A stretch of 63,793 nucleotides of DNA from an uncultured virus (IMG/VR IMGVR_UViG_3300043775_001647) (lineage: Duplodnaviria; Heunggongvirae; Uroviricota; Caudoviricetes), in the IMG/VR virus record IMGVR_UViG_3300043775_001647; one strand, 5' to 3'. Position 1 is the first letter of the stretch, and the number at the start of each line of letters is the position of its first letter. A program made the translations under genes and the position numbers. Under the pieces are notes generated by a model that was not told where the DNA came from, did no database searches, and saw only the letters and a list, made by a program, of their open reading frames with translations. Below, piece by piece: positions 47,268 through 56,690 of this stretch.

Positions 47268-47910
47268 TCTTTGCTATAAACTTTTTAAAGTCTCCTTTAA
47301 ATTTTTTAATGCCAATGTGATTGCAGGTAATTGTAGGATCTAACCATACTTTATATCCTAATGCTTTCCATTTATTACATAACACGTAATCTTCTGAGAT
47401 TAGGTCTCCGTTCTCAACTTTAATATCGAATACCATTCGGTGCTTTTCTCCTTCGGAAGTATATTCATCGCTTATCTCCCAAAGTTTATCAAAAGCAAAC
47501 TTAGAAACTTTCATAAACCCTGTTCCTACTCCGTCTACTTCTAGTAATTTTTTATCCTCAGAGCGTTTAAGTTTCTTGTCTAGAAGTTTTACTGTGTATC
47601 CTTCTTTCTCAGTCTTTTTAATCAAAGCACCGCCAACAATCGGTTCGGGTCTTTCTAGTAAATTAAAAAACCATTCTGGTTCCCATTCAGTATCTGAATC
47701 TATGAAGAATAAATCGTCATACTGTCCATCAATAGCTAGTTTGATCAAGCTGTTTCTTGCTCTTTGAACTAAGGAATCATAACTTGTATAGATGGCATGT
47801 ACAAAAATACCCTTTTTTTCAGCTATTTTAACAGTCTCTATTAAACTGTTTGCAAACCAAACATCAATTCTTCCATCGTAAGAAGGGGTTCCGATTAAAA
47901 CTCTACGCAT
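47254..47910 (-). CDS. glycosyltransferase, GT-A fold (GT2-like)
   Basis: VLIGTP, RARN, FFIDSD (DxD), GTGFM, SEDY..C..W; promoter TTG-N20-TATATTAA at 47915-47945. Confidence 0.82.
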   Translation of the reverse strand: MRRVLIGTPSYDGRIDVWFANSLIETVKIAEKKGIFVHAIYTSYDSLVQRARNSLIKLAIDGQYDDLFFIDSDTEWEPEWFFNLLERPEPIVGGALIKKTEKEGYTVKLLDKKLKRSEDKKLLEVDGVGTGFMKVSKFAFDKLWEISDEYTSEGEKHRMVFDIKVENGDLISEDYVLCNKWKALGYKVWLDPTITCNHIGIKKFKGDFKKFIAKNGYV

Positions 47911-47952
47911 GATGTTAATATAATGAATTTATTTTAAAAAACCAAATTATCC

Positions 47953-48633
47953 TTAATTGACTGTTACATCAAAATATAAACCTGTAAGTCCTAAATAAGA
48001 TGCTACATCTGCTGTTCCAAATGTGGTTGAAGTAAATGTAGTTCCACCTGAACCAGCTGCTACTCCTTGTCCTGCGAAGAAAACAATTCCATTTATAGAT
48101 AAATTTGCAGTACCTCCGGCAAATGAAGGAAAAGCTCCAGAAACTGTTACTTTCCAATAACCCCTAAATATAATAGGATCATTTGTTTGACTTACAGCAC
48201 TAGGTCCATAAGTACCAGGGGCCATAGCCATACCACCACCATTTAAATATTGATATGAAAATGAAGAATCCCATAACTCAACATTCACGTTAACAGCATT
48301 ATCTACTGGTGGAGGTGGAAACGGTGGTGGGTTTGTTTTATTATTTGTTACATTTAAAGTTACCTGAAACGTAGAATTATCGTAAAAATAAGTTAATCCG
48401 TCAAAATCACCTACAGCAATATTTGTAGTTTTAGCTGATGTTCCATAAATTCTGTTTGCTCCTGATACTTCGCCTTGACCCCAGTTATTGTCTGGTACGG
48501 AGTTTGAACCATTTGGACCAGCAAAATATGAAAAGAAGCTCATACTGTTTAAAGTAAGCAAACCAGAACTATAAGCCCCATTTGCCTCACTCCAAATATC
48601 ACTAAATTTTACGTTTGTGGTAGGTACGGTCAT
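47953..48633 (-). CDS. hypothetical virion protein (fibre-associated)
   Basis: Translationally coupled to the fibre gene; Gly/Ser/Thr/Asn-rich with a Pro-rich linker. Confidence 0.6.
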   Translation of the reverse strand: MTVPTTNVKFSDIWSEANGAYSSGLLTLNSMSFFSYFAGPNGSNSVPDNNWGQGEVSGANRIYGTSAKTTNIAVGDFDGLTYFYDNSTFQVTLNVTNNKTNPPPFPPPPVDNAVNVNVELWDSSFSYQYLNGGGMAMAPGTYGPSAVSQTNDPIIFRGYWKVTVSGAFPSFAGGTANLSINGIVFFAGQGVAAGSGGTTFTSTTFGTADVASYLGLTGLYFDVTVN

Positions 48634-51600
48634 TATTTACTTTTTAGTTCTTGTAGTTCTTTATCTAGTTCTTTAATTGCCTCAATCAATAGAGCTACTA
48701 AGTTAGGATAAGCAACGTTTAAGGTACCGTCTGGGTTTTTAGTAATTACTTCAGGTAATACTTTTTGTATTTCTTGGGCTATAACACCTGCTCGTCTAGT
48801 AGTATCTTCAGAATCAGAACGAACATAAGTGTATCCGTTAATTTCTTTAACTTTTTCTAAAGCATTTTCTATAACTTGTAATTCTGTTTTAACAGATTCA
48901 TCTGAGAAAGCAGCTATATCATTAGTAGCATAAATTGAAATACCTCCTGATGAACCAGATACATGTAGAGGATATATAGGGGCTGTAAATCCGGGTCCTA
49001 CACCTACAAATCCTGTTGAACCGGTAACAAACATTCTTATGTTACCTGCTCCGTCTGATATAAAGATGTTTTTATTCTCTGCAGCAAATCCTGTGGCTGT
49101 GGCTGAACCTAGGATTACGTTACAAGCTCCTGAAGTAATACATATACCTGCATTAAGGCCGATAGCTGTATTATTAGAGGCTGTGTTATTTCTTAAAGCA
49201 CACCTGCCTACTGCGGTATTATTAATTCCTGTAACATTATAATCTAATGCTAAAGATCCTAAAGCCGTATTATCACATCCTGTTGTATTAGATCTTAAAG
49301 CATTAACACCTAAAGCTGTATTATTTGTACCACCGTTATTGGCCTGTAAAGCAATATATCCAACGGCTGTATTGTTTGAGGAAGATGTGTTAGCACATAA
49401 AGCACTAGTACCAATAGCTACGTTTCTAACAGCAAAGGTATTGTTTACTAAAGCATTATTACCTACAGCTACGTTATTTGTACCTGTTGTATTATTTCTT
49501 AAAGCATAAAAACCTACGGCTGTGTTGCTACTTGCTGTATTAAAACGTAATGCAAGAAAACCTAATGCCGTGTTATTATTACCTGTTGTATTAGCGACTA
49601 ATGAAGCATATCCTAAACTTGAATTACCTGTTCCTGTTGTATTACATCTTAATGCATTGAAGCCTACTGCTGTATTGTTTGAGGCTGTGTTGGCGAATAA
49701 AGAATAGAAACCTAATGAAGTGTTATTTGAACCTCCACCACTACATCTTTGTGAATCATATCCTACAGCTACGTTATAATTTCCTGTTATGTTACCGTAA
49801 AGTGCCGTTCTACCTAATCCAACATTTTTTGTACCTGAGGTATTATTTCTCATTGCTAAGAAACCTACTGCTGTATTGTTTGAGGCTGTGTTAGAATAAA
49901 GAGCTGATGTACCTAATGCTATGTTATTTTCTCCTGATATGTTTAATCTAAGTGCTCCAACTCCTACAGCTGTATTGTTTCCTCCTGTTGTATTTAGACA
50001 TAATGCTCTTACTCCAAAAGCTGTATTTCCATTAGCTGTTGTATTACTAGCTAAAGCTCTATAGCCAAAAGCTGAATTATTTACACCTGTTGTGTTTGAA
50101 AGTAATGCGAAGTTACCAACAGATGTGTTTTGTTCACCTGATGTGTTTGCTAGTAATGAACAAATACCAACCGATGTATTGTTGGTTCCTGTTGTATTAC
50201 TTCTTAATGCACAGAAACCAACTGCTGTGTTGTTTGAGGCTGTGTTACAGCGAAGAGCTTCAGCACCTAAAGCTGTGTTATTACAGGAAGTTGAGTTTGT
50301 ACATAAAGCAAGATTTCCTACTGCTGTATTATTGTTTCCTTGTCCTCCAAGGAGAGCTACTGAACCAACAGCAGTATTTCCTGTTCCTGTTATATTAAAT
50401 CCTAAAGTAAAATTACCAACTGCTGTGTTACTAGCCCCAGTTGTATTATCTCTTAATGCTATTCTGCCTATAGCAACATTATATCCTCCAGTAGTATTAC
50501 TTGATAAGGCACACTGTCCTAAAGCTGTATTATAACACCCTGTTGTATTGTTTTGTAAGGCACTATTACCAACTGCTGTATTATTTGATGCTGTATTACC
50601 AAATAAAGCATTTGTACCTATACCAACATTGTTGTTACCTCCAGAATTACTAAATAAAGCATCTCTACCAATGGCTACGTTATTTGAACCATTTATATTG
50701 CATATTAAAGCATTTGTATTTATTCCTATGTTATTTGTACCGGTAGTATTACTAAGTAAAGCAAATCTACCAAAAGCAGCATTATCACTGCTTAAATTAC
50801 TTGTTAAAGCATTATATCCAACAGCTGTATTTCTAACACCTGTTATATTAGTTGATAAAGCACAGAAACCTACCGCTGTATTACTTGCTCCTGTTGTATT
50901 ATTTCTTAAGGCACAGAAGCCTACTGCTGTATTGTTTGAAGCTGTGTTTGAGCGTAAAGAATAATGACCTACAGCAGTATTAGAAGCACCTACAGTATTA
51001 CAGTACATTGAATCTCTACCAACTGATACGTTATTATTACCCGTAGTATTGTTTTTTAAAGCTTGGACACCAACACCTACGTTACTACCACCTAGTGTAT
51101 TATTTCTTAAAGACTCAAGACCTAAAGCGGTGTTTGAACTTCCTGTGGTAGTGTAACGTAAAGCAGCAAAACCAACGGCAGTATTGTAGTTGGAGTTGAT
51201 AGAACATCCTGCGTACCTACCTAGAGCTGTATTGAATCTACCTGTTGTACCTAAACGTAAAGCTTCTCTACCAACTGCCGTGTTGTTATCTCCTGTAGTA
51301 TTGGCACAAAGAGCATAAAATCCAACAGCTGTGTTAGCTCCTCCTGTTGTATTATTTCTTAGAGCACTAAAGCCTACTGCTGTGTTGTTTGAGGCTGTGT
51401 TATATCCTAATGATGAACGGCCTATAGCTGTGTTATTGTTTCCGACAATATTTGAATATAGTGCACCTTGTCCTAAGGATACATTCGCACATCCTGTAGT
51501 ATTGTTGGCAGATGATTTAGAACCTACAGAGGTATTATATCTCCCGGTAGTATTTAATCTCATTGAACAAAGTCCTAGTGAAGTATTTTCAGTTCCTGTT

Positions 51601-54600
51601 GTATTACATCTTAATGCATTGAAGCCTACGGCTGTATTGTTTGAGGCTGTGTTTTTATAAAGAGCTACATGTCCTATAGCAACGTTATTTATACCTACAG
51701 TATTACAGAATAAAGCCGCTGGACCAACAGCAACGTTTTGAATACCTGTAGTGTTTAACCCTAAAGAAAAAGGGCCTACAGCTATATTATCCGTACCAAT
51801 TGTATTAGCACTTAATGCACTTCTACCTAAAGCAGTATTATAACTACCCGCCGTATTATTTCTTAATGTACAGAAACCGATTGCTGTATTGTTTGATGCT
51901 GTGTTTTGACGAAGTGTTTGTTCACCAATAGCTACGTTATTAGAACCAGCATTATTAGTATATAAAGCTGAAACTCCTATCGCAACATTGTAATTACCTG
52001 AAGTATTAAATTCAAGTGCGCTATTACCCATACCAATATTTCGAATACCTATAGTATTTCTAAAAAGTGAAAAAGCACCTACACTAATATTAAGAGCACC
52101 TACGGTATTGGATTGTAAAGCACTTCTACCCACTGCTGTGTTGTATCCTCCGGTAGTGTTTGCTTGTAGAGCTAAAACACCTAAAGCTGTGTTTTGTGTT
52201 CCTGTTGTATTACTTCTTAATGCGCAGAAACCTACTGCTGTATTGTTTGATGCTGTGTTAGAAAATAAACTATAAAAACCTAATGCAGTATTGTTAGCAC
52301 CGGAAACATTTGAATACATAGATGCTCTACCAAAAGCTGAATTGTATCCACCTGTGGTGTTATTAAATAGAGTATTATCACCAAAGGCACTATTTCGTGA
52401 ACCTACTGTATTTTTAGCTAGTGTAGCAAAACCTATAGAAGTATTCTGTATACCTGTTGTGTTATCTCTTAATGATTGATTACCTACTGAAGTATTAGCA
52501 GTTCCTGTTGTATTAGCTCTTAAGGCACAAAATCCTAGTGCTGTATTATTAGTTCCTGTTGTATTATTACATAAAGCATTAAAACCTACAGCTGTATTAC
52601 CTGATACTGTATTATATCTTAAAGCATCTATACCTACAGCAGTATTAGAAGTACCTACAGTATTACTTAATAAAGAAGCCCAACCAACAGAAGTGTTACT
52701 ATTTCCTGTTGTATTTACATCGAGAGCATAACTGCCAATTGCTGTATTTCTAAGACCAATTGTATTAGATTTTAGTGCTCTATATCCTAATGCGGTATTA
52801 TCTATACCTGTTGTGTTTGATGTTAATGCTATATGTCCTACACCTACATTTCGAGTTCCTGTTGTATTATATCTTAAAGCACTAGTACCTACTGCTGTAT
52901 TGTTTGAGGCTTTATTGTCGCGAAGGGTAAAATGACCTACTGCTACATTATTTTCTCCAATTATGTTGCAATACAGTGCTGATTGACCTACAGCTACATT
53001 TCGTGCTCCAGTTGTATTATAGACAAGAGCATTAACACCTATAGCAACTAAAGACGTTCCAATTGTATTAGAAGCAGCAGCAGCATATCCTATAGCTATA
53101 TTACTTGTTGCATTTGTATTACATCTTAGAGCATTAAAACCAATTGCTGTGTTGTAACTACCTACTATATTAGCCCTTAAAGCACAACTACCAATAGCTA
53201 CATTTTTAGTTCCTGTTGTGTTAGTTCTTAATGCACAATAACCTACTGCTGTGTTGTTTGATGCTGAATTGCAGAATAAAGCACAAAAACCGACACCAAC
53301 GTTATTACTACCACCATAGGTTAAAACACCTGTTCCAATTGCAACGTTACGATCAGCATTTGCAAATACTAATGCTCTATAACCAAGAGCTACGTTATTA
53401 ACACCGCTAATATTAGAGTACATTGCGTTATGTCCAAAAGCAACATTATTGGCACCTGAAGTGTTACATCTTATTGTATTTACACCAATACCTACGTTTC
53501 GTGTACCCACAGTATTGGCTAATAGTGATAAAGTACCAACTGCTACGTTATATGTTCCTGTCGTATTATTTCTTAATGCACAGAAACCAACTGCTGTGTT
53601 GTTTGATGCTGTATTGTTAAATAAAGTTCTATATCCAATACCTACGTTGTTTAATCCAGCACCATTATATACTAATGCTTGGTGACCAATAGCTACGTTT
53701 TTATTACCTGAAGAGTTGTACTGTAAAGCACCGTGTCCTACTGCTATGTTACAATCACCTACTGTACTATTTTGTAATGCTTGTGAACCAACAGCAACGT
53801 TTAAGGCTCCTGTTGTATTGCTCAATAATGCACAATTACCGACAGCTGTATTATTTGAAGATGTTGTATTACTTCTTAATGCACAAATACCAACTGCTGT
53901 GTTATTAGTGCCTACAGTATTTAACGCTAAAGAACAATATCCAATAGATGTATTATTAACCCCTGTAGTATTTAATATTGAGGCCTTATATCCTAAAGCG
54001 GTGTTTCTTGTTCCTGTTGTATTTTGGTGTAGAGCACAAGCTCCGAGTGCGGTATTTCGTGAAGCGGTATTGTTTACAAGTGCTTGAAATCCTATACCTG
54101 TATTATATTGACCTACTGTGTTTGCGTTAAGAGCAGACACACCAACTGCTACGTTAAATGTTCCTGTTGTATTACTTCTTAATGCATATGTTCCTAAAGC
54201 AGTGTTTTCTCCACCTGTTGTATTATATCTTAATGAAAAATATCCTACTGCTGTGTTGTTTGAAGCGGTATTAACCGCAAGTGAACTTCTACCAACAGCT
54301 GTATTGAAACTACCTACAGTATTTGTACTTAGAGCTGATGTTCCAACAGCGGTATTACCAACACCAGTAGTATTAGATTGTAAAGTATTAGCTCCTAAAG
54401 CTGTATTTAATAAACCTGTTGTATTATTTTGTAATGCTGTTCTTCCTAAAGCGGTATTATAACTACCCGCTGTATTACTTCTTAATGCACAAAAACCTAC
54501 TGCTGTGTTGTTTGATGCTGTGTTGCAGAGTAAAGCATCTCTACCTACAGCTACATTATTACTTCCTACAACATTTCCATATAAAGTCTGATATCCTATA

Positions 54601-56645
54601 GCAATATTATCTACACCTGTAGTATTATTACGAAGAGCGGCAACACCAAATCCAGAATTTCGTGTTCCAACTGTATTTGAACATAATGAAAATACACCTA
54701 CAGATGTATTAAATGTACCTACTGTGTTATTTACTAAAGAACATGTTCCTACAGCGACATTCTGAATACCTGTTGTATTACTTCGTAATGCACAGAAACC
54801 TACTGCTGTGTTGTTTGATGCTGTGTTTTCTCGTAAAGCTTGAAATCCAACTGAGGTATTATTTGAAGCGGTGGTTTTGTAGAGAGATAGGTATCCTACA
54901 GCAACGTTATTGCTTCCTACTAAGTTATTGCCTAAAGCATTTGTACCGACGGCAGTATTAAATGTTCCTGTGGTATTACTTATTAAAGCAGCATACCCAA
55001 AAGCATCGTTGTTTGCTCCGGTTGTATTGTCTTTTAATGCTAAATCTCCTACAGCCGTGTTTCTAAAACCAGATGTATTTGCTCGTAAAGAACAAAATCC
55101 TACTGCTGTATTTTTATCACCTACTGTATTAGTTGCTAATGCACAAAAACCTACTGCTGTAGTTCTTGTACCAGTAGTATTATTTCTTAATGCACAGAAA
55201 CCAACTGCTGTGTTGTTTGATGCTGTATTTAATTGTAGGGCACAAGTACCAACTGCGGTATTGTTTGAAGCTGTATTACAAAGTAAAGCGTAAAGACCTA
55301 CAGCAACGTTTTGAGCACCTACTATGTTAGCATACAAAGCTGCTCTACCTAAAGCTGTATTTAATGTACCTGTAGTATTGCTTCTTAAAGCAATATCACC
55401 TAAAGCTGTATTATTAACTCCTGTTGTATTAGCGGCTAAAGCTGTAGCACCTACTGCTGTATTTTGTTGACCAGTTGTATTAGCACATAAAGCGTTAATA
55501 CCTACAGCTGTATTAAGAGTACCAATTGTATTACATGCTAAAGCACTTCTACCAATAGCTGTGTTATTTCCTCCTGTTGTATTATTTCTTAAAGCATATG
55601 TTCCTAAAGCAGTGTTTTCTCCACCTGTAGTATTACATCTTAGAGCTGAGAATCCAACTGCAACATTATTAGAAACTGCATTGACATATAAAGCTAAATG
55701 GCCTACACCTACGTTATTGTTAGCATTACCTACATTTCTTAAAGCACTTCCTCCTAAAGCAACGTTATTGCTACCTGCTAAGACATTTCTTAATGCAGTT
55801 CTACCCATTGCTACGTTATACGTTCCTGAGGTTAGGGTATATGCTGCATGGAAACCAACTGCAGTATTGTAACTGCCTACACTATTATAGTTAAACACCC
55901 TATTACCAACTGCTACGTTTTGGGTACCTGTTGTATTACTACATAATGCACATGAACCGACTGCTGTATTATTTGATGCTGTATTTGAACGTAAAGCACT
56001 ATCACCAATTGCAACATTACTAGAAGCACCTGTACTATTATAAGCTGCATAATAACCTACAGCTACGTTTGAACCACCTGTTATATTAAATCTTAAAGCT
56101 GTTCTGCCTACGGCTGTATTTCTAGTACCTACTGTATTATTTAGTAAAGCTGTTCTACCTACTGCTGTATTACTAGTTCCTGTTGTGTTACTTTCTAAAG
56201 CACTTCTTCCTATAGCTGTATTTGAAACACCAATAGTATTTGCTGCTAAAGCACTACAGCCAACTGCTGTGTTGTCTATTCCTGTTGTATTATTTAATAA
56301 AGCATTACACCCTACTCTAGTGTTACTAGCAATACTTCCTCCACCTAAACCAACACTGACACTATTTACTAAAATATCACAGCTTGCAACTTCAAATTTT
56401 GCTGAAGGTGATGATGTATTAATACCAACATTTCCTCCTGAATAGTAGATATTACCTGCCGAACCGGTCCAGACAGAATCACCTGCATTGAGGGCATAGG
56501 AGGCCGTAGCTGCATACGATGCAGAGACTGCATTACTGATTGATCCTGAAAAAGACCCTGTAAAAGATTGTGCTGTCACTCCTCCCGATACGCGGGTAGA
56601 TCCGGAGACAATAAGACCATTTTTAATTACAAATTCATTAGCCAT
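48633..56645 (-). CDS. giant repeat tail fibre/adhesin with C-terminal intramolecular chaperone (peptidase S74)
   Basis: 2670 aa, mostly 14-aa NTAVG..AL..NTTG beta-roll repeats; SD..K..I..AL..GVIAQE..LPEV..Y..LVALLIEAIKEL. Confidence 0.88.
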   Translation of the reverse strand: MANEFVIKNGLIVSGSTRVSGGVTAQSFTGSFSGSISNAVSASYAATASYALNAGDSVWTGSAGNIYYSGGNVGINTSSPSAKFEVASCDILVNSVSVGLGGGSIASNTRVGCNALLNNTTGIDNTAVGCSALAANTIGVSNTAIGRSALESNTTGTSNTAVGRTALLNNTVGTRNTAVGRTALRFNITGGSNVAVGYYAAYNSTGASSNVAIGDSALRSNTASNNTAVGSCALCSNTTGTQNVAVGNRVFNYNSVGSYNTAVGFHAAYTLTSGTYNVAMGRTALRNVLAGSNNVALGGSALRNVGNANNNVGVGHLALYVNAVSNNVAVGFSALRCNTTGGENTALGTYALRNNTTGGNNTAIGRSALACNTIGTLNTAVGINALCANTTGQQNTAVGATALAANTTGVNNTALGDIALRSNTTGTLNTALGRAALYANIVGAQNVAVGLYALLCNTASNNTAVGTCALQLNTASNNTAVGFCALRNNTTGTRTTAVGFCALATNTVGDKNTAVGFCSLRANTSGFRNTAVGDLALKDNTTGANNDAFGYAALISNTTGTFNTAVGTNALGNNLVGSNNVAVGYLSLYKTTASNNTSVGFQALRENTASNNTAVGFCALRSNTTGIQNVAVGTCSLVNNTVGTFNTSVGVFSLCSNTVGTRNSGFGVAALRNNTTGVDNIAIGYQTLYGNVVGSNNVAVGRDALLCNTASNNTAVGFCALRSNTAGSYNTALGRTALQNNTTGLLNTALGANTLQSNTTGVGNTAVGTSALSTNTVGSFNTAVGRSSLAVNTASNNTAVGYFSLRYNTTGGENTALGTYALRSNTTGTFNVAVGVSALNANTVGQYNTGIGFQALVNNTASRNTALGACALHQNTTGTRNTALGYKASILNTTGVNNTSIGYCSLALNTVGTNNTAVGICALRSNTTSSNNTAVGNCALLSNTTGALNVAVGSQALQNSTVGDCNIAVGHGALQYNSSGNKNVAIGHQALVYNGAGLNNVGIGYRTLFNNTASNNTAVGFCALRNNTTGTYNVAVGTLSLLANTVGTRNVGIGVNTIRCNTSGANNVAFGHNAMYSNISGVNNVALGYRALVFANADRNVAIGTGVLTYGGSNNVGVGFCALFCNSASNNTAVGYCALRTNTTGTKNVAIGSCALRANIVGSYNTAIGFNALRCNTNATSNIAIGYAAAASNTIGTSLVAIGVNALVYNTTGARNVAVGQSALYCNIIGENNVAVGHFTLRDNKASNNTAVGTSALRYNTTGTRNVGVGHIALTSNTTGIDNTALGYRALKSNTIGLRNTAIGSYALDVNTTGNSNTSVGWASLLSNTVGTSNTAVGIDALRYNTVSGNTAVGFNALCNNTTGTNNTALGFCALRANTTGTANTSVGNQSLRDNTTGIQNTSIGFATLAKNTVGSRNSAFGDNTLFNNTTGGYNSAFGRASMYSNVSGANNTALGFYSLFSNTASNNTAVGFCALRSNTTGTQNTALGVLALQANTTGGYNTAVGRSALQSNTVGALNISVGAFSLFRNTIGIRNIGMGNSALEFNTSGNYNVAIGVSALYTNNAGSNNVAIGEQTLRQNTASNNTAIGFCTLRNNTAGSYNTALGRSALSANTIGTDNIAVGPFSLGLNTTGIQNVAVGPAALFCNTVGINNVAIGHVALYKNTASNNTAVGFNALRCNTTGTENTSLGLCSMRLNTTGRYNTSVGSKSSANNTTGCANVSLGQGALYSNIVGNNNTAIGRSSLGYNTASNNTAVGFSALRNNTTGGANTAVGFYALCANTTGDNNTAVGREALRLGTTGRFNTALGRYAGCSINSNYNTAVGFAALRYTTTGSSNTALGLESLRNNTLGGSNVGVGVQALKNNTTGNNNVSVGRDSMYCNTVGASNTAVGHYSLRSNTASNNTAVGFCALRNNTTGASNTAVGFCALSTNITGVRNTAVGYNALTSNLSSDNAAFGRFALLSNTTGTNNIGINTNALICNINGSNNVAIGRDALFSNSGGNNNVGIGTNALFGNTASNNTAVGNSALQNNTTGCYNTALGQCALSSNTTGGYNVAIGRIALRDNTTGASNTAVGNFTLGFNITGTGNTAVGSVALLGGQGNNNTAVGNLALCTNSTSCNNTALGAEALRCNTASNNTAVGFCALRSNTTGTNNTSVGICSLLANTSGEQNTSVGNFALLSNTTGVNNSAFGYRALASNTTANGNTAFGVRALCLNTTGGNNTAVGVGALRLNISGENNIALGTSALYSNTASNNTAVGFLAMRNNTSGTKNVGLGRTALYGNITGNYNVAVGYDSQRCSGGGSNNTSLGFYSLFANTASNNTAVGFNALRCNTTGTGNSSLGYASLVANTTGNNNTALGFLALRFNTASSNTAVGFYALRNNTTGTNNVAVGNNALVNNTFAVRNVAIGTSALCANTSSSNNTAVGYIALQANNGGTNNTALGVNALRSNTTGCDNTALGSLALDYNVTGINNTAVGRCALRNNTASNNTAIGLNAGICITSGACNVILGSATATGFAAENKNIFISDGAGNIRMFVTGSTGFVGVGPGFTAPIYPLHVSGSSGGISIYATNDIAAFSDESVKTELQVIENALEKVKEINGYTYVRSDSEDTTRRAGVIAQEIQKVLPEVITKNPDGTLNVAYPNLVALLIEAIKELDKELQELKSK

Positions 56646-56681
56646 AAGTATACCCGTTCACTGTCCGGGGCAGGTGTTTGT

Positions 56682-56689
56682 TATAAATA
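56682..56689 (-). promoter_or_regulatory. putative phage late promoter TATTTATA (representative copy)
   Basis: Same octamer upstream of genes at 4506, 4968, 11273, 15396, 19299, 19932, 20284, 31130, 33482, 34534, 35139, 36913, 38651, 40745, 41506, 42268. Confidence 0.75.
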
Positions 56690-56690
56690 G

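Noticed and set aside
74..47767. Short plus-strand and alternative-frame ORFs in the track
   Set aside because: All overlap longer minus-strand genes with recognisable motifs; the whole window is co-oriented
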